Virus record (IMG/VR): IMGVR_UViG_3300006201_000047
Strand: one strand, 5' to 3'
Source: a virus
Length of the DNA: 42,302 nt
Below are positions 7,094 through 15,468 of this stretch, in pieces. Under the pieces are notes generated by a model. The model did no database searches. It was not told the origin of the DNA and saw nothing but the letters and a program-made list of their open reading frames with translations. Position 1 is the stretch's first letter; every line of letters begins with the position of its first letter. The position numbers and the translations under genes were made by a program.

Positions 7094-9382
7094 ATGATTG
7101 ATTATAAATATAAAGATTTGTTTTTAGATAACAGTATACCAAAACAGGTGACAATCTCATTTGATAATGTGGTTTTAACCAATGAGGATTTATATAATCA
7201 AGAAATGACGCTGGAAGAAAATCTTTGTTCCGAAGAGGAGCTTCGTTTTGGCTCCTGCGAATCAAGTATACTCAGTTTTAAGATATCTGATGTATTCTCT
7301 CCAATGGCTGGAAAATGGCTAGATGTCAAAATGACGATAGATAAAAATACAGATTCTCCTTTTTTAATCGGAAAATACAAAGTGAACTCGGACAAACTTT
7401 CTGGAGACAAGAGTTACCGGGAGATAGTAGCATACGATGCCATGTATGACATCATAAATTCAAGTGCAATAAAATGGTATAACACTATATTGCCACACAA
7501 AGACAGCAAAGTCACAATGAAGCAATTCCGCACAAGTTTCATACATCACTTCGGCTTAGAACAAGAAGAAGTAGAGCTTATAAATGATGGAATGATAATA
7601 AAAAAAACAATCCAGGTTGAAGAAGATATTGAAACAGATCAGGTGAGTGTTTTAAATGAATCCGCACTTAGCGGCCTTGATGTGATAAAAGCGATATGCG
7701 AAATAAACGGATGTTTTGGACATATTGGCCGAGATGGAAAATTTCATTATATTTACCTCAAGCAGAATATTCAAGGATTATATCCAGCTAATAATTTATT
7801 CCCGGACCACGCACCAGATTATCTTCCCCAGACCAAAACAGGACATTTATATCCACAGGACCCAAAATCAAACCGTATTGGAAAATCTTATTACATAGAA
7901 TGTATTTATGAAGATTTTGCCACGAAATCAATTGATAAACTACAAATAAGGCAAGAGGAGAATGATATAGGACAGGTATGGCCGGAAGTAGGACTTCGCC
8001 CAGAAGATAACTGTTATATTATTGAAAATAACTTCTTAGTGTATGGGAAGTCCGCGGCGGAGCTTCGAATTGTTGCAAAAAATATTTATGATAAAATTCA
8101 CGAAATTTCATACAGGCCATTTGAGTGTGATGTGATTGGAAACCCTTGTTTGGAAGTCGGGGACCCTATAAGGATTTTAACAAGACATGATGTTGTAGAA
8201 AGTTATGTATTGCAGAGAACATTGAAAGGCACGCAGGCTCTTCGTGATAGTTTTAAATCTGATGGAGTAGAAAAATATTCAAAAAAAGTAAACGGAATGC
8301 AAAATTCCATTATTCAATTAAAAGGAAAAACAAATATCCTGGAAAGAAACGTCGACGAAACGAGACTTGAAATGAGGGATATGGGAGAGGAGCTGTCCAC
8401 GGAGATTTCCGTTACTGCCGCCGGGATAAACGAGACGATAAAAAATACCAAAGAAGGCCTGGAAACAAAAATTTCCAAAACGGTAAGAAGCATAGAAATG
8501 TCCGTATCGAATAATAAAACTGGAAAAACAGCGGAGGTGAAGTTGTTAATCACTGACGAAGGAGGGACCCAGTATGAGGTTACTGCAGATAAGATAGATT
8601 TAACCGGCCTGGTTTCTTTTACAAATCTTGAGACTGGAGGACAGACAATCATAAACGGAAACAACATCACTACTGGGCAGATAAATTGTGATTTATTAAA
8701 CGGGGGAAAAATACTGGGACAAACAATAGAAGGAGGGCGCATAAACGGAACTATTATTAAAGCGAAAGACGGTATTTATCTGCAGTACATAAATCCAATC
8801 GAAAGACCGCCGGGAGGATATGAATTTGCTTTTGCAGAAGTTGAAGCTGTCAGCAGTGGAATTAACGGTTCTGTAATAAACATAAACGCTCCTTCTGGGG
8901 AGACGTGCATAAGCCTTGGGTATGGAGGAATTCCTGCACCTAACATGGTTTTTTATCCTGTAAGTTTCCCGAAAGGGGCAATGATAAATGGAGCAGTTAT
9001 AAGTGAAGCATTGATACACAGCGTAAGTAAAGAAAGTGCATCAGCGAATTTTTTTTATTCTAGTGATATACCAGGAGATGTTGCAGAAGCGACATTTAAT
9101 CTTAAAACTTCCGGAGTTTTTAACACAATATATGGAAAATATTATACAAACAAGCATTTAGCTGGCGAATCAAAAGTACTTACAGCACTTTTTGATGGAG
9201 AAAATCCAAATTTTTTTCCAAAATATCAAAGAGTTAAAGGTGTTTCCTATGTTGGAAAAAGAACATTCGTTTTTGTTTTTGATGTGGAAGGAAAACTTAT
9301 CGTAAGAAATGCGAGTTCTTCTGATTTAATATCAGAAGAAAGAACAGAAATAGAATACAGGATTGACTATTTTAATTTATGA
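7094..9382 (+). CDS. Tail-associated (Tal-position) minor structural protein (762 aa)
   Basis: Second gene after the tape measure. It has a central coiled-coil segment (KGKTNILERNVDETRLEMRDMGEELS). The call rests on position and architecture. Confidence 0.6.
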   Translation: MIDYKYKDLFLDNSIPKQVTISFDNVVLTNEDLYNQEMTLEENLCSEEELRFGSCESSILSFKISDVFSPMAGKWLDVKMTIDKNTDSPFLIGKYKVNSDKLSGDKSYREIVAYDAMYDIINSSAIKWYNTILPHKDSKVTMKQFRTSFIHHFGLEQEEVELINDGMIIKKTIQVEEDIETDQVSVLNESALSGLDVIKAICEINGCFGHIGRDGKFHYIYLKQNIQGLYPANNLFPDHAPDYLPQTKTGHLYPQDPKSNRIGKSYYIECIYEDFATKSIDKLQIRQEENDIGQVWPEVGLRPEDNCYIIENNFLVYGKSAAELRIVAKNIYDKIHEISYRPFECDVIGNPCLEVGDPIRILTRHDVVESYVLQRTLKGTQALRDSFKSDGVEKYSKKVNGMQNSIIQLKGKTNILERNVDETRLEMRDMGEELSTEISVTAAGINETIKNTKEGLETKISKTVRSIEMSVSNNKTGKTAEVKLLITDEGGTQYEVTADKIDLTGLVSFTNLETGGQTIINGNNITTGQINCDLLNGGKILGQTIEGGRINGTIIKAKDGIYLQYINPIERPPGGYEFAFAEVEAVSSGINGSVININAPSGETCISLGYGGIPAPNMVFYPVSFPKGAMINGAVISEALIHSVSKESASANFFYSSDIPGDVAEATFNLKTSGVFNTIYGKYYTNKHLAGESKVLTALFDGENPNFFPKYQRVKGVSYVGKRTFVFVFDVEGKLIVRNASSSDLISEERTEIEYRIDYFNL

Positions 9383-9398
9383 TATATGAGGTGAGTAT

Positions 9399-11945
9399 AT
9401 GAATAAGTGTTATTACCGAATTGTCTGGGAGAACTACCCAAGTGACAGAACGCCGCTAAATGAGCAAAATTTGAATAAAATCGACGTGGCAACGGATGAG
9501 ATGGACAACCGTATTATCTCTTTAGATTCCACAAAGTTTGATAAGTCAGAAGCGCAGATGCTTGTCAAGTACATAGAGTATGATGAGGAAACAGGAATTT
9601 TCAAAATCACACATTATAACGGAGCAAGTTACACCATTGATACGCTACTTGAAAAACTGGCCGTTAATTTCGATTATGACTACCAGACACAGCGTCTTAT
9701 TATCATGCTTTCAGATGGCGAGATAAAATATGTTGATTTGTCGGCCCTCATTACACAATATGAATTTTTGGACAGCGAAACCGTGCATTTTACCATAAGC
9801 GGAGATGGAAAGGTAAAGGCAGAGGTAAAAGAAGGGAGCATACAGGAAAGGCACCTGCGGCCGGAATACTTGGCGGATATACGGGTGGAGTCCGCCAAGG
9901 CGGAAGCCAGCGCAGTGGCGGCCGATACAAGCGAGAAAGCAGCAAAAGTGAGCGAAACTGCAGCCAAAGAATCTGAGATAAATGCTGCTAGCTCCGCTAC
10001 GGAATCAGCAAACAAAGCAACGGAGGCGGCAGTATCTGCAACTACAGCAACTCAAAAGTCAGAAGAGGCGGCAATATCAGCACAAGAAGCAGCGGACAGC
10101 GCGAAAGAATCAGCGGAATCAGAGGCGAGTTCCTTAGCTTCAGCAGAAACAGCTGGGCAACATGCTGCCGCCGCTTCCACTGAGGCGGAAAAAGCGGCTG
10201 GAAGCGCAATAGCTTCTACCGTAAAAGCAGAAGAATCAGCGGAATCTGCCAGATTATCCCAAAGTTATGCCATTGGAACTGGTGGAGAAGTTCGGGAGAA
10301 TGACGATACGGATTGCGCAGAATACTATTATGAACAGGCAAAAAGAGTAATCCAAGGTGTCAGTGGAATTGTTCCGATGGGAACGATAACCTTTGAGGGA
10401 CTCTCCGATACCGAACATCAGAAAACAGGATATATGTTTAATATATCAGATTCTTTTGTTTCCGATGAGCGCTTTTCTGATGGCGGAGGAATATTTTACG
10501 GCGCTGGAAACAATGTTCTTTACACAGCAGAGGGAAAGTGGGATGTTCTGGCTGGCGCAATGGTTTCTGGAGTAAAAGGAGCCGAAGAGACGGAATACAG
10601 ACAAGGATTCGTAAATATAACAGCCATGGATATCGGGGCAATTGCAAAGCACAAAAAAACTATCTTATTAAACGATGACATATATGACACAAATACTTAT
10701 TATCCTGTAACAGGTACGAGAATGCGTAACAACGAAATTAATCAAATGGAAGTTATGACAACGCTTGGAAGAAGCGGTACGCCACCATGGTCGACGCATG
10801 CAGAAGGTTTCTTCTTTCATTTAGCAATAGAAGAAGTAGGTAGCGGCTGGGGAGCAAATAACGGTAATAGATTGATTTTAGCAAACAATTCTATGTGGAC
10901 AGATAAAAATTGCGGTTGGTATAGACAATTAAACTCGATATCTATGCCTGTTTTCTTCTTGAGAGGCGGAGGAATTTATTATGTTACTACAGATTATGAA
11001 TGTGATTGGACAATTCATGCCTCCACATATGAACCAAATGAATACGAGAGCGTTTCTCCAACAACAACACTAGAAACGACGGATTGGGGAGCGAATCTCG
11101 GAACTGATATAAGGGGAAATTCCTCTTCGTCTGGAAGGGCAAGATATTTGCAATCAATACAAAACGACGGTACGCCATATGAAAATTTCTATTTATTACA
11201 GAGTAGATTTGTTGGAAACGATGATTTTAAATTAGAGATTTCAAATAACAGTAATGTTGACAGCACAAAATACAATGTTTGCGTTGATTATTCGCAAAAT
11301 GCAAATTCTGCGAACAGTGCTGGGAGTGCCACTACTGCCGGAAGCGCGGCTATTTCTTCCAAGCTAGGAAGAGACGGCAATATAAATAATCCAATGACGT
11401 TTCTTTGGCGTGGACAGAGCGGACAGCCTACATGGCTGTGGGGCAGTAATGATGGTAGTAATAATTATGTGTATAATCCATCCAATTTTAGCGTGAATTA
11501 TGCTGCAAGTGCGAACGTTGCTAATTCTGCAACCAGAGCCGTACAAGACCAGCATGGCAATAATATTTCCGACGCTTATTTGAGAAAATCAGATGCTGGT
11601 ATAGTTTATGCAACAAGCCAGAATAATATATCTTTATCAAGTGGTTCATGGAATAATAGTTTTTGTGGTTTAACGATACCTGCAGGAGTATATGTTGGAA
11701 CTTTTCAATTTCATTTCAATGCCTTTGGAAGTGGAAGCACAACCGGAAAAAGAATGGTTCGATTTGCAGGTACTCCTTTTGGAGGCATAAATAATGCTCC
11801 TGCAACCGGCTCTGCGCAGCATTTAACATCTTCTGCTGTATTTAGCCTTTCGTCAACAACCACGATTCATGGCGGTGCGTATCAAAATAGTGGATCAACA
11901 GCCACAGGATGCAGTTGTGTGATATATGTTGTAAAGATTAAATAA
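9399..11945 (+). CDS. Tail fibre / receptor-binding protein (848 aa)
   Basis: BppU-like N-terminus (RTPLNEQNLNKID), a long Ala/Ser/Glu-rich helical stalk (~9891-10269) and SANSA-type fibre motifs near the C-terminus. It is the last tail gene before the lysis cassette. Confidence 0.65.
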   Translation: MNKCYYRIVWENYPSDRTPLNEQNLNKIDVATDEMDNRIISLDSTKFDKSEAQMLVKYIEYDEETGIFKITHYNGASYTIDTLLEKLAVNFDYDYQTQRLIIMLSDGEIKYVDLSALITQYEFLDSETVHFTISGDGKVKAEVKEGSIQERHLRPEYLADIRVESAKAEASAVAADTSEKAAKVSETAAKESEINAASSATESANKATEAAVSATTATQKSEEAAISAQEAADSAKESAESEASSLASAETAGQHAAAASTEAEKAAGSAIASTVKAEESAESARLSQSYAIGTGGEVRENDDTDCAEYYYEQAKRVIQGVSGIVPMGTITFEGLSDTEHQKTGYMFNISDSFVSDERFSDGGGIFYGAGNNVLYTAEGKWDVLAGAMVSGVKGAEETEYRQGFVNITAMDIGAIAKHKKTILLNDDIYDTNTYYPVTGTRMRNNEINQMEVMTTLGRSGTPPWSTHAEGFFFHLAIEEVGSGWGANNGNRLILANNSMWTDKNCGWYRQLNSISMPVFFLRGGGIYYVTTDYECDWTIHASTYEPNEYESVSPTTTLETTDWGANLGTDIRGNSSSSGRARYLQSIQNDGTPYENFYLLQSRFVGNDDFKLEISNNSNVDSTKYNVCVDYSQNANSANSAGSATTAGSAAISSKLGRDGNINNPMTFLWRGQSGQPTWLWGSNDGSNNYVYNPSNFSVNYAASANVANSATRAVQDQHGNNISDAYLRKSDAGIVYATSQNNISLSSGSWNNSFCGLTIPAGVYVGTFQFHFNAFGSGSTTGKRMVRFAGTPFGGINNAPATGSAQHLTSSAVFSLSSTTTIHGGAYQNSGSTATGCSCVIYVVKIK

Positions 11946-11978
11946 TGGTACAACAAAATAATAAAAATAACTTAGAAT
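11945..11978 (+). promoter_or_regulatory. Copy of the phage-specific promoter motif (ATGGTACAAC-N17-tTAGAAT), upstream of the lysis cassette
   Basis: Matches the five other copies in sequence and exact spacing. It lies in the intergenic gap before the xhlA-like gene. Confidence 0.6.
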
Positions 11979-12006
11979 AATTACAAGAAAATACAGGAGA
12001 ATGATT

Positions 12007-12333
12007 ATGGATAACGATTTAACCAGACGGGAGCATGATGGTTTCCACAAAGAATTTGCAGAGCGGATGGACGCTGAAAATACGAGACAAAACAAGCGCC
12101 TGGACCTTCTTGAGAAAAACGCTAATCATATTACTGATTTAACTGTTTCAGTAGAAAAAATCGCAGTAAACATGAGTAATATGTTGGAAGAGTTAAGAAA
12201 TCAAGGGGAACGTCTGGAAGCCCTAGAAAACGAACCAGTAGAAACTTATAAACAAATACGAACAACAATCATAGCCTCGTTGATAGGAACTGTTGTAGGT
12301 TCTGTTGCAACGGCAATAACTATGTTTTTTTGA
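12007..12333 (+). CDS. xhlA: XhlA-like haemolysin/lysis accessory protein (108 aa)
   Basis: Coiled-coil N-terminus plus a single C-terminal TM helix (IIASLIGTVVGSVATAITMFF). It sits directly upstream of the holin and endolysin, as in PBSX-type cassettes. Confidence 0.7.
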   Translation: MDNDLTRREHDGFHKEFAERMDAENTRQNKRLDLLEKNANHITDLTVSVEKIAVNMSNMLEELRNQGERLEALENEPVETYKQIRTTIIASLIGTVVGSVATAITMFF

Positions 12334-12344
12334 AAGGAGAAAAT

Positions 12345-12563
12345 ATGAAGAAAAAGAACTTAAATGAATGGCTGAAAGCGGCTGGAATCCGTGCTGTTAA
12401 AACCATGGCGCAGACAGCGGCAGCCATGCTTCCTGCAGCGGCCACTATCAGTGCAGTGGACTGGACAACTGTACTAGGCACTGCGGCTCTGGCCGGAATA
12501 GCTTCCCTGCTGACATCAGCGGCAGGCCTGCCGGAACTGGACAAATCAGAAACCCTATGTTAA
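12345..12563 (+). CDS. Holin (72 aa, two TM segments; r1t/phiLC3-like pattern)
   Basis: AVKTMAQTAAAML...VDWTTVLGTAALAGIASLLTSAAGLPE. AAGGAG lies 6 nt upstream of the ATG, and the endolysin gene is adjacent. Confidence 0.8.
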   Translation: MKKKNLNEWLKAAGIRAVKTMAQTAAAMLPAAATISAVDWTTVLGTAALAGIASLLTSAAGLPELDKSETLC

Positions 12564-12634
12564 TCATCAACAGCAACATTCACAAACGTAACAATAACTG
12601 CATTCAATAAAAGAAAAAGAAAAGAGGAAAAACT

Positions 12635-13723
12635 ATGAATATTAACAAAGACTACATCTCAACGCAAAACACCTATACTGGAAAAAATTCTCCTAAATAT
12701 ATCGTCATCCACGAAACGGATAATTTTTCAGCAGGGGCGGATGCACAGCGTCACGCTTCTGCACAGGCGGCCGGACATTTAAGTACTTCTGTCCACTATT
12801 ACAGCGGCTCAGACGGCGTCTACCAGGCCGCCAGCCACACAGACGGAACTTTATCCGTGGGACGTGAATACGGAGGAAATCACGCTATTCATGACGCCGC
12901 AAACCGTAATACCATAAACATTGAAATCTGTGTAAATCCAGATGGAGACTACGCAAAGGCCCGCAGCAATGCCATTGAGCTGGTAAAGTACCTGATTCAA
13001 CAGACAGGCATTCCGGCAGAACGTGTTATCCGTCATTTTGACGCCAAAGGAAAATATTGCCCCAGAAACATGATGGACAATCCTGCTTTGTGGGAGGATT
13101 TCAAAAAACAGATTGGGCAGGCTCCTGCAGAACAGCAGGAAAGCACTAAGCCGGCCCAGCCATCTCAGGCACCAGAGGATAAGAAGGAAGTATGGTATCG
13201 TGTAGGTTCCGGCTGGAAAAACGGAATCTGCTTGAATCAGACCGGCGCTTACCACAATAAAGACTTTGCCATTGCAGACTGCAAGCCAGGCCAAAATGTC
13301 TATGATAAAAAAGGAACTGTCATTTATTCTCGAGAAAATACAGCAGGGAAAACCTCTGGAGAAAATACTCCAGCGGCCGACGGTACAGTTTACACTCAGA
13401 AACAATTCATCCTGGACGTGCAGAAAGCCACGGGCTCCAATCCAGATGGCATTGCCGGAGATGAGACGCTTGGAAATACTGTGACAGTTTCCAGAAGCAC
13501 ACATAAGTATCATGCGGTTGTGACGCCGCTGGAACGACGTATGAAGGCCCTGGGGTATTATCGGGGAGAAGTGGAAGCGGACCGGGGAGAGCCGCCTTGT
13601 TTTGGAAAAGGAATGGAATCTGCGGTAATTTCTTACCAGAAAAAAGTTTTGAAATATAAGAATACGGATGGGGAGATTACGGCCGGAAAGAAGATGTGGA
13701 AATCTCTGCTGGGAATGATTTGA
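12635..13723 (+). CDS. Endolysin: N-acetylmuramoyl-L-alanine amidase (Amidase_2/PGRP type) with C-terminal PG-binding repeats
   Basis: YIVIHETDN...INIEICV...VIRHFDAKGKYCPRNM is the zinc-amidase signature. The C-terminus carries NPDGIAGDETL and LGYYRGEVE motifs typical of PG_binding_1. Confidence 0.9.
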   Translation: MNINKDYISTQNTYTGKNSPKYIVIHETDNFSAGADAQRHASAQAAGHLSTSVHYYSGSDGVYQAASHTDGTLSVGREYGGNHAIHDAANRNTINIEICVNPDGDYAKARSNAIELVKYLIQQTGIPAERVIRHFDAKGKYCPRNMMDNPALWEDFKKQIGQAPAEQQESTKPAQPSQAPEDKKEVWYRVGSGWKNGICLNQTGAYHNKDFAIADCKPGQNVYDKKGTVIYSRENTAGKTSGENTPAADGTVYTQKQFILDVQKATGSNPDGIAGDETLGNTVTVSRSTHKYHAVVTPLERRMKALGYYRGEVEADRGEPPCFGKGMESAVISYQKKVLKYKNTDGEITAGKKMWKSLLGMI

Positions 13724-13731
13724 TTTTTCTC

Positions 13732-13760
13732 TTGACATAAGAGAAAAATATACATATAAT
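13732..13760 (+). promoter_or_regulatory. Consensus sigma-A-type promoter TTGACA-17-TATAAT with no protein gene downstream
   Basis: TTGACA at 13732-13737, an exact 17-nt spacer and TATAAT at 13755-13760. The -35 lies in the loop of a 10-bp hairpin (13724-13748). Confidence 0.6.
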
Positions 13761-13766
13761 TAAGAT

Positions 13767-13890
13767 GTGCATAAGCACATCGCGTGAATTTATATGTTAT
13801 TACCGGCGGGTCCCACTTGAGTTCCCGCGGTCAGGTAAAACACCTTGGAGCTCTGACCCCTGTATTTTTAAAACAGGGGTCATCTTCGTT
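13767..13890 (+). ncRNA. Candidate small RNA (~120 nt) between the consensus promoter and the hairpin terminator
   Basis: Bracketed by the promoter at 13732-13760 and the stem-loop at 13855-13881. It contains internal hairpins ATGTGC/GCACAT and GCGGG/CCCGC. No RBS-preceded ORF is present. Confidence 0.4.
13855..13890. terminator. Stem-loop between convergent transcription units
   Basis: GACCCCTGT (13855-13863) pairs with ACAGGGGTC (13873-13881) around a 9-nt loop, followed by the interrupted T-tract ATCTTCGTTT. Confidence 0.55.
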
Positions 13891-13906
13891 TAAAAGTTTT
13901 TTAAAA

Positions 13907-14176
13907 TTAAAAACTAAATTTTTCGAATCCAATTAATTCATAATCCTCCGGCTCTCCTCCTTCGTCAAATGAAATCGGTTTTTTTACCTCGTTAAATATC
14001 ATATTTTTTTCATCTGGATTCAGCGCACGCCCATATTCATCACAAATCCAAGCTTCCATATTCATACCCCCAGAACCTTCGTAATTCACAGCAACAAGTC
14101 CAAGCTCCTCCAACTTATAAATTTCTATCAAATCGTGAAATTTTGCGCATCCTTTTTTTTCCAATATTTTAAACAT
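13907..14176 (-). CDS. Acidic hypothetical protein (89 aa)
   Basis: Last gene of the minus-strand operon. Its ATG overlaps the stop of the upstream HTH gene (ATGTTTAA). Confidence 0.65.
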   Translation of the reverse strand: MFKILEKKGCAKFHDLIEIYKLEELGLVAVNYEGSGGMNMEAWICDEYGRALNPDEKNMIFNEVKKPISFDEGGEPEDYELIGFEKFSF

Positions 14177-14348
14177 TCTTTTTCCTCCTCAAATCTGTAT
14201 GCTCTTCGGATTCACTGATAAGCCAGTCCCTTCCGACTTTCCGGGCTGTTTTAAATCCTCCTTTTAGCGCTTTGTGTCTGGCTGTCGAAGGGTCAATACC
14301 GTTTTTTCTGGCCCAGTCAGCCAATGCTATTTCTCTATCTTCTTTCAT
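14169..14348 (-). CDS. Small HTH DNA-binding protein, excisionase/MerR-like (59 aa; below the ORF-track cutoff)
   Basis: Hand translation: MKEDREIALADWARKNGIDPSTARHKALKGGFKTARKVGRDWLISESEEH.... This is the W-x-...-VSxxTVRR-like excisionase-family HTH pattern. Confidence 0.6.
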   Translation of the reverse strand: MKEDREIALADWARKNGIDPSTARHKALKGGFKTARKVGRDWLISESEEHTDLRRKKNV

Positions 14349-14349
14349 T

Positions 14350-14640
14350 TTATAACTCCTGTTCTCGAAACATTTTCAAATACTCTTTCAAACGTTTTGA
14401 AACACCGTAGTGTTTGTCTAGTGGAATGATATTTTTGCTTGTTTTTTTCATAATTTCTTCCTGCCCACCAAAACTGATTCCTCTCAGCTCAAGTCCCTCG
14501 TTTGACAATTGTTCTACGAGCAACAAATTGATTTCCATACAATTTAATTTTTTACGAAATCCTTCTGGAATTTTTAATTTTAATTTTTCAAAATCTGTTA
14601 CATCTCCAGCCTTAAAGTTGTTTTCAAAATATTTTTCCAT
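14350..14640 (-). CDS. Hypothetical protein (96 aa)
   Basis: Tightly packed in the minus-strand operon. I recognise no motif. Confidence 0.6.
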   Translation of the reverse strand: MEKYFENNFKAGDVTDFEKLKLKIPEGFRKKLNCMEINLLLVEQLSNEGLELRGISFGGQEEIMKKTSKNIIPLDKHYGVSKRLKEYLKMFREQEL

Positions 14641-14697
14641 ATTATTTCTCCATTCTCCCCGTTGAGCCGATAGGTCAGCTTATTTGTCAGCTTATTT

Positions 14698-15165
14698 TCA
14701 AGCGGTTACGGTTTGTCTGTAATTTTTATATCCGTCAAACTTCACACAGTAACCCTTCTTATTATAAACTGCGTTTATCGGTACGACTCTTAAAACTTCG
14801 ATGGTGTTTTTATCAAGAACTTTAATTTCTCCATTACAGAACTCCATTCCTGGTTTCACTTTTGAAACTTCTAAGTCATCATGATATCTAGAGGGCTCAT
14901 TTCCAGCCTTCATCCATAGGTCATTTTCTTCATGTGCCGGATTCCAAACGCAAACAACTCCCATCACTTTTGAGAAAATTTTTTCGCCGTCGGTGTAAAA
15001 CCCTTTTTTAATATTCTGTACGTTCATCATCCTCCCTCCTTTTCTGGTGGGCCTCTTAAATTCGGCCCATGCCATTTTCAGGCAGAGAGAGAAGATATTC
15101 TCTGTATTTTCTTTTTTAATTGTCCATGCTCTTTTCATTATCTTTTTCAACTCTGCCTTTTTCAT
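14698..15165 (-). CDS. Hypothetical protein (155 aa; possible internal restart at MMNVQN)
   Basis: RBS GGAGGA lies 8 nt upstream of the ATG at 15165. An internal strong RBS, GGAGGGAGG, precedes the in-frame ATGATG at ~15029. Confidence 0.6.
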   Translation of the reverse strand: MKKAELKKIMKRAWTIKKENTENIFSLCLKMAWAEFKRPTRKGGRMMNVQNIKKGFYTDGEKIFSKVMGVVCVWNPAHEENDLWMKAGNEPSRYHDDLEVSKVKPGMEFCNGEIKVLDKNTIEVLRVVPINAVYNKKGYCVKFDGYKNYRQTVTA

Positions 15166-15195
15166 TTTTATTTCCTCCGTTCCTTTGATGATTAT

Positions 15196-15224
15196 ATATT
15201 ACCACGTATACGTGGTAATGTCAA
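15196..15224 (-). promoter_or_regulatory. Promoter TTGACA-17-TAATAT whose whole spacer is a 22-bp perfect palindrome (operator)
   Basis: ATTACCACGTATACGTGGTAAT (15198-15219) is self-complementary. On the minus strand it sits between TTGACA (15224-15219) and TAATAT (15201-15196). Confidence 0.65.
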
Positions 15225-15240
15225 TATATTTTTTTAAAAT

Positions 15241-15259
15241 TTGTCACAAATATTGTCAC
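15241..15259 (+). repeat. Arm-type direct repeats TTGTCAC-N5-TTGTCAC (candidate integrase arm sites, left of the core)
   Basis: The same motif pair recurs at 15451-15468 in the same orientation, and the two pairs flank the tRNA-like core. Confidence 0.5.
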
Positions 15260-15305
15260 GAAAAATAAAAAGTGTTATATTTAAAGCAATTATAGAGTTT
15301 TTAAA

Positions 15306-15331
15306 GGCGGGTTCGACTCCCGTTATCTGCT
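15306..15331 (+). other. Probable attP core: 3' end of a tRNA gene (T-arm plus acceptor 3' strand)
   Basis: GCGGG-TTCGACT-CCCGT forms a T-arm with the canonical TTCGA loop, followed by the 7-nt TATCTGC. No 5' half of a tRNA lies upstream, and the integrase gene is adjacent. Confidence 0.6.
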
Positions 15332-15450
15332 TATCTAGTAAATATCCGTAAACATAAATAGTCCCTAGCAAAATCAAGGGTTTCTGGATATTTTATTAAC
15401 ACAATTTATGATGTAAGTTAATTCTATATTATATGTATTTATATCATTTT

Positions 15451-15468
15451 TTGTCATAAATTTGTCAC
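15451..15468 (+). repeat. Arm-type direct repeats TTGTCAT-N4-TTGTCAC (right of the core, overlapping the integrase 3' end)
   Basis: Second pair of the TTGTCAY motif (see 15241-15259). Confidence 0.5.

Noticed and set aside
9891-10269. Ala/Ser/Glu-rich repetitive stalk of the fibre as a diversity-generating retroelement target
   Set aside because: No reverse transcriptase gene and no template-repeat copy occur anywhere in the window. The composition fits a coiled-coil fibre shaft.
12851-13738. 295-aa minus-strand ORF covering the endolysin gene
   Set aside because: It is antisense to a gene with clear amidase and PG-binding motifs and has no motif or RBS of its own.
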